From contig CAXXTB010000001.1 of assembly GCA_963676795.2 (NCBI GenBank), positions 1,152,001-1,216,000 of the forward strand: DNA of 64,000 bases, read 5' to 3'. Origin of the DNA: Geopsychrobacteraceae bacterium. GTDB lineage: Bacteria > Desulfobacterota > Desulfuromonadia > Desulfuromonadales > Geopsychrobacteraceae. How positions within the stretch are numbered: the stretch's first letter is position 1; every line of letters begins with the position of its first letter. Below, one piece after another: positions 39,701 to 48,978 of the stretch. The notes under the pieces are model-generated. The model saw only the letters and a list, made by a program, of their open reading frames with translations. It made no database searches and was not told where the DNA came from. The translations under genes and the position numbers were made by a program.

Positions 39701-40228
39701 GTGAGCAAGCTGAAAGAAGAGATCATTCATCACGGTCGGATCCTCGATCTGGCCCGGGAGACCCACCTCATGCCCGACCAGCGTGAGGCGACTTTTGAAA
39801 TTATTCAGCATCCGGGAGGCGCCGCAGCTCTGCCGGTGCTTGACGATGGCAGCCTGCTGCTGATCCGCCAGTTCCGTCCCGCTGCTCAGGCTTTTCTTTA
39901 CGAGGTCCCGGCCGGGCGTCTGGAAGAAGGGGAAGACGCTGCTGAGTCAGTCATCCGCGAACTGCAGGAAGAGGTCGGCATGCTCGCCTCCGAGGTCGAG
40001 TCGCTGGGTTTTGTCTACAGCTCAGTCGGATACTGCACCGAGAAGATTCATCTGTTTATCGCCCGGAAGATGACCGCAGTTGAGACGGCGTTGGAGGCTG
40101 ATGAGTTTATCGAACCGGTGCGGGTCAGCCTGGAAAAGGCCCTCGAGATGGTGACCGACGGTACGATTATCGATTCGAAAACCCAGCTTGCCATTCTGCG
40201 TTATGCCCAATTTCTGAAAGAACTCTGA
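39701..40228 (+). CDS. NUDIX hydrolase (ADP-ribose pyrophosphatase-like)
   Basis: HPGGAA, RQFR, EVPAG...RELQEEVG, DSKT. Confidence 0.88.
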   Translation: MSKLKEEIIHHGRILDLARETHLMPDQREATFEIIQHPGGAAALPVLDDGSLLLIRQFRPAAQAFLYEVPAGRLEEGEDAAESVIRELQEEVGMLASEVESLGFVYSSVGYCTEKIHLFIARKMTAVETALEADEFIEPVRVSLEKALEMVTDGTIIDSKTQLAILRYAQFLKEL

Positions 40229-41103
40229 TGGACTCTCTATCCCCTGTTGACCTGCCGTTTAACCGCCGCTGCCTGGATGACAATTTTGAATTCAAAGTCC
40301 CTGATCAGGATCCCGGTGGGCCCGGTCTCTGGCTGGTGGTCGGCCAGGGGAATGTCTACCTTGCAGAAACAGCGACGGGACTCACTCTTCCCGCGGGGGA
40401 GCAGCCCTTGGCCGGTAAGTTCGCCCCCCTCTATATCGGCCAGTGGCAAGGGCAACCCTGCCGCCTGCTGGTCCTTGCTAAGGGGCAGACGCTGCCGGAG
40501 CTGCTGGTTGCTCAGTCGCTGCGCAGTTCGGCGGTCGAGATCGACCTGGCGTTGATCAGTTTTGCCGGCTTGGGAGTTGCTATCGGCCACTGGGAACAGG
40601 TCAGCCAGTTCTGTGGCGACTGCGGCGGGACGATGACGCGCATTCCCGGAGAATGGGGGAAAAAGTGCGGCGGCTGCGGCGCTAGCCACTATCCCCGTAT
40701 CCACCCCTGTGTTATCGGTCTGATCGTGCGCGGCGATGAAGTCCTGCTCGCTCGTAAGGCGGAATGGCCGGCCGGCCGCTATAGTTTGATCGCCGGCTTT
40801 GTCGATTTCGGCGAATGCCTGGAGGAGGCGATGGAGCGCGAAGCGCTGGAGGAGACCAACATCCGGATCAAGAATGTCCGCTACGTCGGTAGTCAGTCCT
40901 GGCCATTCCCCAGCCAGCTGATGTGCGGCTTTGTCGCCGATTACGCCGGCGGCGAGATCAACCTGAACGATCAGGAGCTGGAGGACGCCCGCTGGTTCAA
41001 ACTGGATGCCCTGCCTGATCTGCCGCCGAAGCGGAGTATTTCACGCTATATTATCGATCATGCCGCCAGCCTTTCGGGATTGATGAGCGCTGAGCTGTTG
41101 TGA
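40228..41103 (+). CDS. nudC: NADH pyrophosphatase
   Basis: FCGDCG...CGGCG zinc ribbon, YPRIHP, AGFV...REALEET, SQSWPFP. Confidence 0.93.
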   Translation: MDSLSPVDLPFNRRCLDDNFEFKVPDQDPGGPGLWLVVGQGNVYLAETATGLTLPAGEQPLAGKFAPLYIGQWQGQPCRLLVLAKGQTLPELLVAQSLRSSAVEIDLALISFAGLGVAIGHWEQVSQFCGDCGGTMTRIPGEWGKKCGGCGASHYPRIHPCVIGLIVRGDEVLLARKAEWPAGRYSLIAGFVDFGECLEEAMEREALEETNIRIKNVRYVGSQSWPFPSQLMCGFVADYAGGEINLNDQELEDARWFKLDALPDLPPKRSISRYIIDHAASLSGLMSAELL

Positions 41104-41348
41104 CCCGCTGCGCCTTTTGTTTCTTTTCCGAATCGGCACTGCAAGGGCAGTCGCTGATTCTGTCATTGCTGAAATAGTTTGAATATTGTCATTTTTGTCA
41201 AAATAACTGTCTGAAACATGTCATTTCCTCCATGTTGCTTTCGGGTCCTTTCTCCTCCAATTTGTCTCAGAACGGGATAAGTGTCTGTTATAAAATCTGA
41301 ATTACGCATTTTTTGAATTTTTCGACCTGTCGTCTGTCATTGTCAGGG

Positions 41349-41449
41349 TGTAGCAGAATTCACTCGATTTATATGTATAAACACACAAAAGATCTGCCTA
41401 TTTATATGAATCCCTCCAATAGGAAAAGTCTTTCAATATTGATAACGTA
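41349..41449 (+). promoter_or_regulatory. Promoter/operator block shared with 47228-47324
   Basis: Collinear GTAGCAGAA...TGTA.AAA..ACACA...GAAT..CT.CCAATA..AAAAG...CAATATTGATA. Confidence 0.55.
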
Positions 41450-41759
41450 AGTCGCGTTGATTCGGGTTCTTTCATCTACGTCAGGATATTTTGTTTCTCT
41501 ATACAGGCTGTGGAACGTGCATCAGGTCGGGGTTGACTTGGTCTGTGCCACTCGTTTGATGACTGGAAGCTACTCCCTCCAGTTTCCTGTCATTAGAGGG
41601 GGAGTGCTTGTTCTCTCCCCCTTGTTTTCAATTCAGTTGCGACAGCTGGTTTCCGGGGACCTGATATTGCTGACTAATCAATTTGTCTTGCAGGAATAAC
41701 TGGACGGCGAAGTTTTTTGATGGTTTTGAGCTGCCATCCACGATGGCAAAATATCAATC

Positions 41760-42830
41760 ATGACACGGGAGGAAATGATGGGAAAAGTGAGGATCTCAGG
41801 AAGACTGATTGCTTTGCTGCTGCTGGCGGTTTGCTTAAGCCTGCCGCAAACTGTTTTAGCCAGGGAGTCCAGGCTGTCGTTCAGTGCGGCTCACGGTCCG
41901 ACAGCGGTTCATACGCGCGTCACCGAGGCGTGGATTGCCGAACTTGAAGACATGGTCGGCGACAAGGTGAAGGTCGATCTCTACCCGGGGCAGAGCCTGA
42001 TCAAATTGCCCCAGACCTTTGATGGCGTGGAAAACGGTATGGTCAGTATCGGTCATAGTGTTCTGCAGTACACCAGAGGTCGGTTTCCGGTGATGGATTT
42101 CATCAACCTGCCACTCGGCTACCCGAGTGGGCCGGTCGCAACTGCAATCATCAACGAGGTTGTTGACAAATTCGATCCTCAGGAGCTGAAGAGCGTGAAG
42201 CTTCTTTATGTTCATGCGACAGGACCTGGCTACATTCACGTCAAAGGACGGAGTGTCACCAAAATGGAGGATCTGCAGGGGCTCAAGATCCGTTCTAATG
42301 GGCCGATTGCCGAAATGTTGAAAGCTCTGGGAGCGACCCCGGTTTCCTTGCCGATGCCGGAACTTTATCAGGCGCTGCAAAAGGGTGTTGTTCATGGGGG
42401 TGTCTGGGATTTTTCAGCAAGCGTCGACTGGAAGCTGGCCGAAGTTGCCGACATGACCATTGTTGCTAAGGATACCGCATACTCACTCGGTTTCTTTGTC
42501 GCCATGAACAAGGACGCTTGGAATGGTCTGGATCCCGAGGTACAGCAGGCAATCGACAGTTTGCGCCTCAAGTACATCAAGAAGCACGGTCAGGCCTGGG
42601 CTGATTACGATCAAGGCGGAATCGAGTTTGAAAAGAAGTTGGGCAATAGCATCGTTGAGATCGATGCCAATGAATCAAAGAGATGGCGTGCCAAGGTTCA
42701 GCCGGTAGTCGATGCCTATATTGCCGATTGCGAGGCGAAAGGGCTGCCTGGCAAGGAGGTTATCGCTTATGTTGAACAGCGCATCAAGGATGCCGAAGAA
42801 GGGCACTTTGTAAGCCAATATCTGGATTAA
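41760..42830 (+). CDS. dctP: TRAP transporter substrate-binding protein (orphan)
   Basis: DLQGLKIRS, LGATPVSLPMPELYQALQKGVV; signal peptide; no dctQM nearby. Confidence 0.9.
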   Translation: MTREEMMGKVRISGRLIALLLLAVCLSLPQTVLARESRLSFSAAHGPTAVHTRVTEAWIAELEDMVGDKVKVDLYPGQSLIKLPQTFDGVENGMVSIGHSVLQYTRGRFPVMDFINLPLGYPSGPVATAIINEVVDKFDPQELKSVKLLYVHATGPGYIHVKGRSVTKMEDLQGLKIRSNGPIAEMLKALGATPVSLPMPELYQALQKGVVHGGVWDFSASVDWKLAEVADMTIVAKDTAYSLGFFVAMNKDAWNGLDPEVQQAIDSLRLKYIKKHGQAWADYDQGGIEFEKKLGNSIVEIDANESKRWRAKVQPVVDAYIADCEAKGLPGKEVIAYVEQRIKDAEEGHFVSQYLD

Positions 42831-42839
42831 TACCATCCG

Positions 42840-42897
42840 CCGATCATGCACCGGAATGCCTGTCTTGAGAGCTTTTCCGGTGCATGATCGGTTTTTT
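42840..42897 (+). terminator. Intrinsic terminator
   Basis: CCGATCATGCACCGGAA...TTCCGGTGCATGATCGG-TTTTTT. Confidence 0.8.
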
Positions 42898-43201
42898 GAT
42901 TTTGCCGGGTTCCGGGTGAGTTACTGCCGCATCAGCTCCTGACCTTTTTTAGAAAAACATTCTACAACTTGTAAATGACACTGCCTGGTCATTCTCAACC
43001 GTATTTAATATTGACTGTAGTTCGGTCAAGATTATATTCTCATACAAGTTAATAAGACCAAAAAAATCAATTGCTTAGGTTTCTTATTTGCGATAGCTAA
43101 GGTCGCCGGTCTGTATTGCTGTTAATATTTGCTTATGCACCGCAGAGCACAGCTGATTTCGGGTTCACTGGTGATCTCGGGGGTGGAGAGGATCTGGCCT
43201 T

Positions 43202-44788
43202 ATGAAAATTTCCATTAAGCTGATTATTGAAGAGCTGAACTACGATTATGAGGATTACCTGGAGGAGAATGATAATCCCGAATTCTGCCATGCCGAGCTT
43301 CTGGTCCCCAATTCGCCCGGTCTCTCACCGGACAACCTGGTCATCTGCCTGCTCAGCGAAGCTCTGGAAATGCCGAAGAGCTCGGATTCTCCCTATTTCA
43401 TCTGCATTCGTGACCGTTTGGTGGATGATCGTGAGAATGAACAGTCGTTGAAGAACATGGTTGTTATCCGCAAGAATATTACCCTGAGGGAACTGTTCAA
43501 CAGCGTTCAGAAGATTTTCACCCGGATCAATAATTGGGTGATGGAGATGCAGCTCGCCGTTCTGCAGGACAGGGGACTGCAGTCCATTCTGGCGATGAGC
43601 GAAGCGGTGATCGGCAACCATATTGTTGTCCTTGATTCGACCTTCAAGCTACTCGCTTACACGCGCAACATCAGGGTTAATGACGAAATCACCAACCGGC
43701 TTGTCGAACATGGCTATCATACCGAGGAGTCGCTGACCCGCTTTCAGGTCATACGCCGTATCGAAGAGTTCAGCGGGGGGGACGATATCCAGGTCAGTGA
43801 AGACCGCTTGACCTCCGAGTATACAATTGTCAAGAAGGTCTACCATCACATTGCCCCCTTTTCCAATATTGTCGTCATGATCTGCCACCACAGGCAGTAC
43901 AGCACCGGTCTGCGTAACCTGTTCAATCTGATGCTTGATTACGTCAAGATTTATCTCGATCGTGCCTTTACTCTCCACGGTGGGCACAAGCCGACGGAAT
44001 CTTTGTTCCGTGATCTGATAGAGAATGAAAATATCCAGGAAGAAGAGGTCAAAACCCGGTCCACATACACCAAAATCCCCTTTGACGGCTACTTTGACCT
44101 GTTCAAGCTGGTGCTCAGTGATCAGGCCAATGCCCCGATGAACAGGGCGATCATGCTGCTCAACAGTATGATTCCGGACGCCGAAGTCATTCTTTATCAC
44201 CACAATATCCTGATCCTTAATATCTATAAGGATGCGGATATCGAGTCTTCACGCAAAAGGCGTCTGCGCTGGTTGTGGGAGACCGTTGGCAAGCAGGCTG
44301 CCCGGTGTGGCATCAGTAATCAGTTCGGCAACATCATGGAGCTGAATACCGCCTATGTGCAGGCGACTGTCGCCATCGATTTCGGTAAAAGGTTCAAGGA
44401 AGAGAGACGTCCTCAGAAGAAGAATTCCGGGCCGAACAACTACAGGATCGAGGACTTCTATCACTACTGGATGATTGAGCACTGCCTGAACAAGATGCCG
44501 GCTATCTTTGCCAACAGTGCGACTTTTGGCGCCGTGAACAAGCTGCATGAGTACGACCTGGGCCACGGGACCAGGAATGTCCGGTTGCTGCAATGCTACC
44601 TGGAGTGTGATCGCAAAGCGACGGAAACCAGCAACAGGATCTTCATGCACAGAAATACCGTGCTCTATCATGTTGAAAGGATCGAAGCGATGCTTGGCCT
44701 CGATCTGAATGATCCGGAAACCCGCCTGAAGCTGCTGCTCGCCCTGAAAGCTTTTGATCTGGAGCATGACCTTTCCTCTGTGCCTTAG
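43202..44788 (+). CDS. PucR/CdaR-family transcriptional regulator
   Basis: C-terminal IFMHRNTVLYHVERIEAMLGLDLNDPETRLKL HTH. Confidence 0.9.
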   Translation: MKISIKLIIEELNYDYEDYLEENDNPEFCHAELLVPNSPGLSPDNLVICLLSEALEMPKSSDSPYFICIRDRLVDDRENEQSLKNMVVIRKNITLRELFNSVQKIFTRINNWVMEMQLAVLQDRGLQSILAMSEAVIGNHIVVLDSTFKLLAYTRNIRVNDEITNRLVEHGYHTEESLTRFQVIRRIEEFSGGDDIQVSEDRLTSEYTIVKKVYHHIAPFSNIVVMICHHRQYSTGLRNLFNLMLDYVKIYLDRAFTLHGGHKPTESLFRDLIENENIQEEEVKTRSTYTKIPFDGYFDLFKLVLSDQANAPMNRAIMLLNSMIPDAEVILYHHNILILNIYKDADIESSRKRRLRWLWETVGKQAARCGISNQFGNIMELNTAYVQATVAIDFGKRFKEERRPQKKNSGPNNYRIEDFYHYWMIEHCLNKMPAIFANSATFGAVNKLHEYDLGHGTRNVRLLQCYLECDRKATETSNRIFMHRNTVLYHVERIEAMLGLDLNDPETRLKLLLALKAFDLEHDLSSVP

Positions 44789-45178
44789 GCTTTGGTCTGA
44801 AACAGCCCTGATGGACAACTGGCTAGTGCGATTGGCCCTCCGGTTGATCCTCCGTGGTCGATTTGTCCGAAGGATTGGTTGAAATCGGACTTTTACAGGC
44901 GCTGGGCCGCTCTATGTTCCAGTGTTCAGAGCTTCTGGCTGTATCGGATCTCACCTTTTCATGTCCCTGCCTCTTGGGCGCCATCGTTCTTTTTAAAATC
45001 CTCCAAAAAACAGTCGTAAAAATTTGAACTTCCTCCAATTGTAAAAACTCGCAATTTGTAGCCTTAATATGCCGTGAAAAAACAGGCCGTTACGCTCGGG
45101 CAGTGCAGCATGCCAAAAAGAACAGCTTTAAAGATTCTGCTGCCGGGCATGCATTTTGTTTCATGAAAGGAGACAGTT

Positions 45179-46486
45179 GTGGAAGACAAACAAGCTAAGC
45201 ATTTGGAGGAATGGGCCTCAGGTGCCGGGATAGAATTTGATAGTGAAGAGGCCAAGGCCGCCTATCAATACCGGACCACCCTGATCAAGGACGCCATTCA
45301 GTTACAGAAGACCCCGGACCGGGTACCGATTGCCCCATTCGTGACCTGGGCGCCGATGGTCCTCTATAACGTGACCGCCAAGGATGCGATGTACGACGCT
45401 GATGTTCTTGGCAAGGTCTTCCATGATTTTGCCCACGAATTTGATGCCGATGCGGCCAATATGCCTGCCAAGTGCAGCTACGGGCCAACCCTGGATGCCA
45501 TGGATTACAGCCTATACAAATGGGCGGGCGGCGGTCTGGACGATAACAGCGCAACCCAGTTTGTTGAAAAAGAGTATATGACCGTCGATGAGTACGATCA
45601 TCTGATCCAGGATCCCACCGACTTCATGTTCCGGGTTTATATGCCGAGGATCGCCGGCAAGTTCAAGGGGATTGCTGATATCGGGACATTCTACGGGCTG
45701 CAGGAAATCACCCTGTCAAACAACCTGTTCACCTCTTTTGGTGCTCCTCAGGTCCGGGAAGCGGTTCTGGCCCTGCTTGAAGCGGGTAAGCAGCACTATG
45801 AGTGGTCTGCCAAGCTGCGTCCACACATCAAGAGCATCCTCTCATCGGGATATCCCTTCCTGTTCGGCGGCAGCACGAAAGTTCCTTTCGATATGCTGGG
45901 CGATACCCTGAGAGGGACCACCCACTTGATGATGGATATGTATCGCCGTCCGGACAAGGTTCTGGCCGCCTGTGAGCGACTTCTGCCGCTGATGATCAAG
46001 ATGGGGGTCGATAGCTTCAAGGCCAGCAAAAACCCGAACATCTTCATCCCTCTGCACAAGGGCGCTGATGGCTTCATGTCTGACAAGCAGTTCCAGAAAT
46101 TCTACTGGCCGTTCATGAAGGCGCTGATGGAAGGCCTGATTGAGGAAGGCTGTGTGCCGTTCTGCTTCGTCGAGGGCTGTTACAACGAGCGCCTGAAATA
46201 TCTGACCGATGTGCCGACAGGGCGCTGCGTCTACTATTTCGACAAGATCGATATGGCCAAAGCGCGTGAGGCCCTTGAAGGAATCGCCTGTATCGCTGGC
46301 GGCTTCCCGGTCTCTCAAATTCTGACCGGTACTGTCGATTCTGTCCGGGATGAAACCAAAAAGATGCTCGAAGTCGCAGCCGGCAATGGCGGTTATATCC
46401 TTGGTATCAGCAGCACTATGGACGAAGTGAACAGGGAGAATTTGCACGCCTTCATGCAGGCGGGCAAGGACTTCGGTAAGTATTAA
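45179..46486 (+). CDS. Uroporphyrinogen decarboxylase-like (MtaA/CmuA/O-demethylase MT-type) protein
   Basis: PDRVPI, PFDMLGDTLRG, DMYRRPDKV, FIPLHKG, FMSDKQFQKFYWP, GGYILG; GTG start with RBS AAGGAG. Confidence 0.85.
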   Translation: MEDKQAKHLEEWASGAGIEFDSEEAKAAYQYRTTLIKDAIQLQKTPDRVPIAPFVTWAPMVLYNVTAKDAMYDADVLGKVFHDFAHEFDADAANMPAKCSYGPTLDAMDYSLYKWAGGGLDDNSATQFVEKEYMTVDEYDHLIQDPTDFMFRVYMPRIAGKFKGIADIGTFYGLQEITLSNNLFTSFGAPQVREAVLALLEAGKQHYEWSAKLRPHIKSILSSGYPFLFGGSTKVPFDMLGDTLRGTTHLMMDMYRRPDKVLAACERLLPLMIKMGVDSFKASKNPNIFIPLHKGADGFMSDKQFQKFYWPFMKALMEGLIEEGCVPFCFVEGCYNERLKYLTDVPTGRCVYYFDKIDMAKAREALEGIACIAGGFPVSQILTGTVDSVRDETKKMLEVAAGNGGYILGISSTMDEVNRENLHAFMQAGKDFGKY

Positions 46487-46513
46487 CAGTAAGGGTAAGA
46501 GGAGACAGGTAAA

Positions 46514-47146
46514 ATGCAAGATCTGATCAATGCAATGGTTGAGATGGAGGAAGATACCTTCCTCAGTCTGACAAAAGAACTGCTGGAAAAAGGTGAAGAT
46601 CCTAAAGCGATCTTCCGTGCCTACCAGGACGGCATGACCGAAATCGGCAAGCGTTTCGAACAGAATGAATTTTTCATTCCCGAGCTGATCATGGCCGGCG
46701 AAATGATGAACGATGGTGCCGAGCTGATCAAACCTTATCTGGACGAAACAGAAGAGGTTGAAGAGAGCAAGGTCGGCACCATGGTCCTGGCCACCATCGA
46801 AGGCGATATCCATGATATCGGAAAGAATATCTACGGCATGATGATGGGCCTCAGCGGTTTTGAGGTTATCGACCTGGGGGTCGATGTGCCGGTTGATACC
46901 ATTGTTGCCAAGGTCGAAGAGATCAAGCCTGACCTGGTCGGTATGAGTGGCCTGCTGACACTGGCCTTTGACCCGATGAAGGCCGTTGTCGACAAGCTGA
47001 AAGAAAAAGGGCTGCGCGATACTGTCAAGGTCATGGTTGGCGGTGGTCAGTTCGATCAGACTGTCTGTGATTTTGTCGGTGCCGACGGGTTTGCGACCGA
47101 TGCCGTTGTCGGTGTCAGTCTCTGCAAGAGCTGGATGGCGGCATAA
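46514..47146 (+). CDS. Corrinoid (cobalamin-binding) methyl-carrier protein
   Basis: B12-binding cap domain plus EGDIHDIGKN, DLGVDVP, GMSGLLT, MVGGG. Confidence 0.93.
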   Translation: MQDLINAMVEMEEDTFLSLTKELLEKGEDPKAIFRAYQDGMTEIGKRFEQNEFFIPELIMAGEMMNDGAELIKPYLDETEEVEESKVGTMVLATIEGDIHDIGKNIYGMMMGLSGFEVIDLGVDVPVDTIVAKVEEIKPDLVGMSGLLTLAFDPMKAVVDKLKEKGLRDTVKVMVGGGQFDQTVCDFVGADGFATDAVVGVSLCKSWMAA

Positions 47147-47169
47147 GTTCAGTCGTGACGGCTTGTCTG

Positions 47170-47206
47170 AAGGGAGCTGCACAAGGCTTCTGGCAGCTCC
47201 CTTTTT
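47170..47206 (+). terminator. Intrinsic terminator
   Basis: AAGGGAGCTGC...GCAGCTCCCTTTTT. Confidence 0.75.
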
Positions 47207-47517
47207 AAGTCTCTGATGACCGCAACAGTAGCAGAAATTGTTTTGCTGTAGAAAATACACAGAAAAGCGCTGTTTTTTTGGAATTACTGCCAATATAAAA
47301 AGTTGCGCAATATTGATAGCATAGCTTCCGGTTTGAGATCTTCTCAGCCTGTGTCGCGACATGAAAACAACGGATGAAATGCAGGTTGTTCTGCCACACC
47401 TCATATCACGTTGTGACGTGGCATCTGGAGGCTTTGCGAAAACGTAGTTGGTTTTTCAGGTGTAGCCTGCCCATTTTCTGGGAGGCACTCGCTAAATTTC
47501 ATTTGGGAGGTTCATAG

Positions 47518-48861
47518 ATGAACAACGATCCACAGAAGATTTTAGATGAAAACCCCATGTCCACGATGCAGTTCGTGGCCGTGGCCATGTGCGTATTACT
47601 CAATGCTCTTGATGGTTTTGACGTTCTTTCCATTGCATTTTCTGCCCCGGGAATCACTTCGGATTGGGGGATTACGCGTGCCGCTCTTGGTATCGTTCTG
47701 TCGATGGAACTGATCGGTATGGCGTTCGGTGCGATTGTCTGCGGCGGGTTGGCTGACAAATTCGGTCGCCGGCCATTGATTCTTGGCTGTCTTATTGTTG
47801 TCGGTGCCGGCATGCTCGCTGCGGGAATGTCGACCGGCGTCTATTCTCTGTCCTTGTTCCGTCTTATTACTGGACTGGGAATCGGTGGCCTGATCGCTTC
47901 CGTCAACTCCCTGGTTGCCGAATACTCCAATAAGCGCAGCAAGCATACGGCCGTTCTGTTCATGGCCGGCGGATTCCCTTTGGGTGTTATTGTCGGTGGC
48001 ATGATCTCTTCGAAATTGATGGTCGCCTACGGCTGGCACTCCATCTTCATTTTTGGCGGGCTTGCCACTTTGGCCTGTTTTGTTCTGTCTCTCTTCCTGC
48101 TGCCGGAGTCTGTTGGTTATCTGGCTGCCCAGCGTCCACTCGGTGCTCTTGAGAAGATCAACAAGACTCTCAAGCGTATGAACCAGCCGCAGATTGGCCA
48201 GCTGCCGGAAATCAAGGCCACTGCAGCGAAACAGCAGAAATCTTATGGGCTGCTGTTTTCCCGGGAATTTCGTTTCGTGACCCTGGCTCTGGTTATTGCT
48301 TACTTTGCCCATATGATGACCCATTACTTCTTCCTTAAATGGGTACCAAAGATTGTCGTCGACATGGGCTATCCGCCGCCACTCGCCGGTGGGGTTCTGG
48401 TCTGGGTCAATATCGGTGGTCTGGCTGCTGCCTTCCTGATGGGGATTCTGGCCAAGAAGGTGCCGATTCGCGCCCTGGTCATCTGTGCGCTCTTTTTGAC
48501 CGCCGCCGGTATCACCTTCTTCGGTGTGTACTCCAAAGATATCAGCACCCTTAAGGTTGCATCGACCTGCGCCGGATTCTTTGCCCAGGCTTCGATGGTC
48601 GGTATCTATGCCCTGTTCGCTCATGTCTTCCCGACCAAGGTCCGCTCCAGCGGTACCGGCCTGATCATGGGCCTGGGACGCGGTGGTGCGGTTCTCGGCC
48701 CGATCGCTGGTGGTATCCTGTTCACCTCCGGCGCCGGCTTGGGGACTGTCGCCATGATCATGGCCGCGGGCTCATTTGTCGGAGGGATCGCGATCCTGTT
48801 CCTGAAATTCCCAGCATCGGAAGAGGCTGTAGCGGGAAATGGCAAGCAGCAGGTTGCCTAA
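47518..48861 (+). CDS. MFS transporter, aromatic acid:H+ symporter family
   Basis: NALDGFDV in TM1, LADKFGRRP, RLITGLGIGG, FPTKVRSSG. Confidence 0.88.
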   Translation: MNNDPQKILDENPMSTMQFVAVAMCVLLNALDGFDVLSIAFSAPGITSDWGITRAALGIVLSMELIGMAFGAIVCGGLADKFGRRPLILGCLIVVGAGMLAAGMSTGVYSLSLFRLITGLGIGGLIASVNSLVAEYSNKRSKHTAVLFMAGGFPLGVIVGGMISSKLMVAYGWHSIFIFGGLATLACFVLSLFLLPESVGYLAAQRPLGALEKINKTLKRMNQPQIGQLPEIKATAAKQQKSYGLLFSREFRFVTLALVIAYFAHMMTHYFFLKWVPKIVVDMGYPPPLAGGVLVWVNIGGLAAAFLMGILAKKVPIRALVICALFLTAAGITFFGVYSKDISTLKVASTCAGFFAQASMVGIYALFAHVFPTKVRSSGTGLIMGLGRGGAVLGPIAGGILFTSGAGLGTVAMIMAAGSFVGGIAILFLKFPASEEAVAGNGKQQVA

Positions 48862-48932
48862 AGAAATACGTTCAATCAACTCATAAGGTTCACTGCAACA
48901 TGTTTGCGTGAAATGCACACCATCCTCACTTG

Positions 48933-48973
48933 GTCAAAGGCTGCTTGCTGTGGCAGCCTTTGACATTTTTTTT
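48933..48973 (+). terminator. Intrinsic terminator
   Basis: GTCAAAGGCTGC...GCAGCCTTTGAC-ATTTTTTTT. Confidence 0.75.
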
Positions 48974-48978
48974 GCCGG

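Noticed and set aside
44790..45178. Cobalamin riboswitch upstream of the corrinoid operon
   Set aside because: No recognisable B12-box or GGGAA...GCCCCCGCAACTGT-like core was found.
45842..48624. Minus-strand ORFs of 520 aa and 342 aa
   Set aside because: They are antisense to the methyltransferase, corrinoid and MFS genes.
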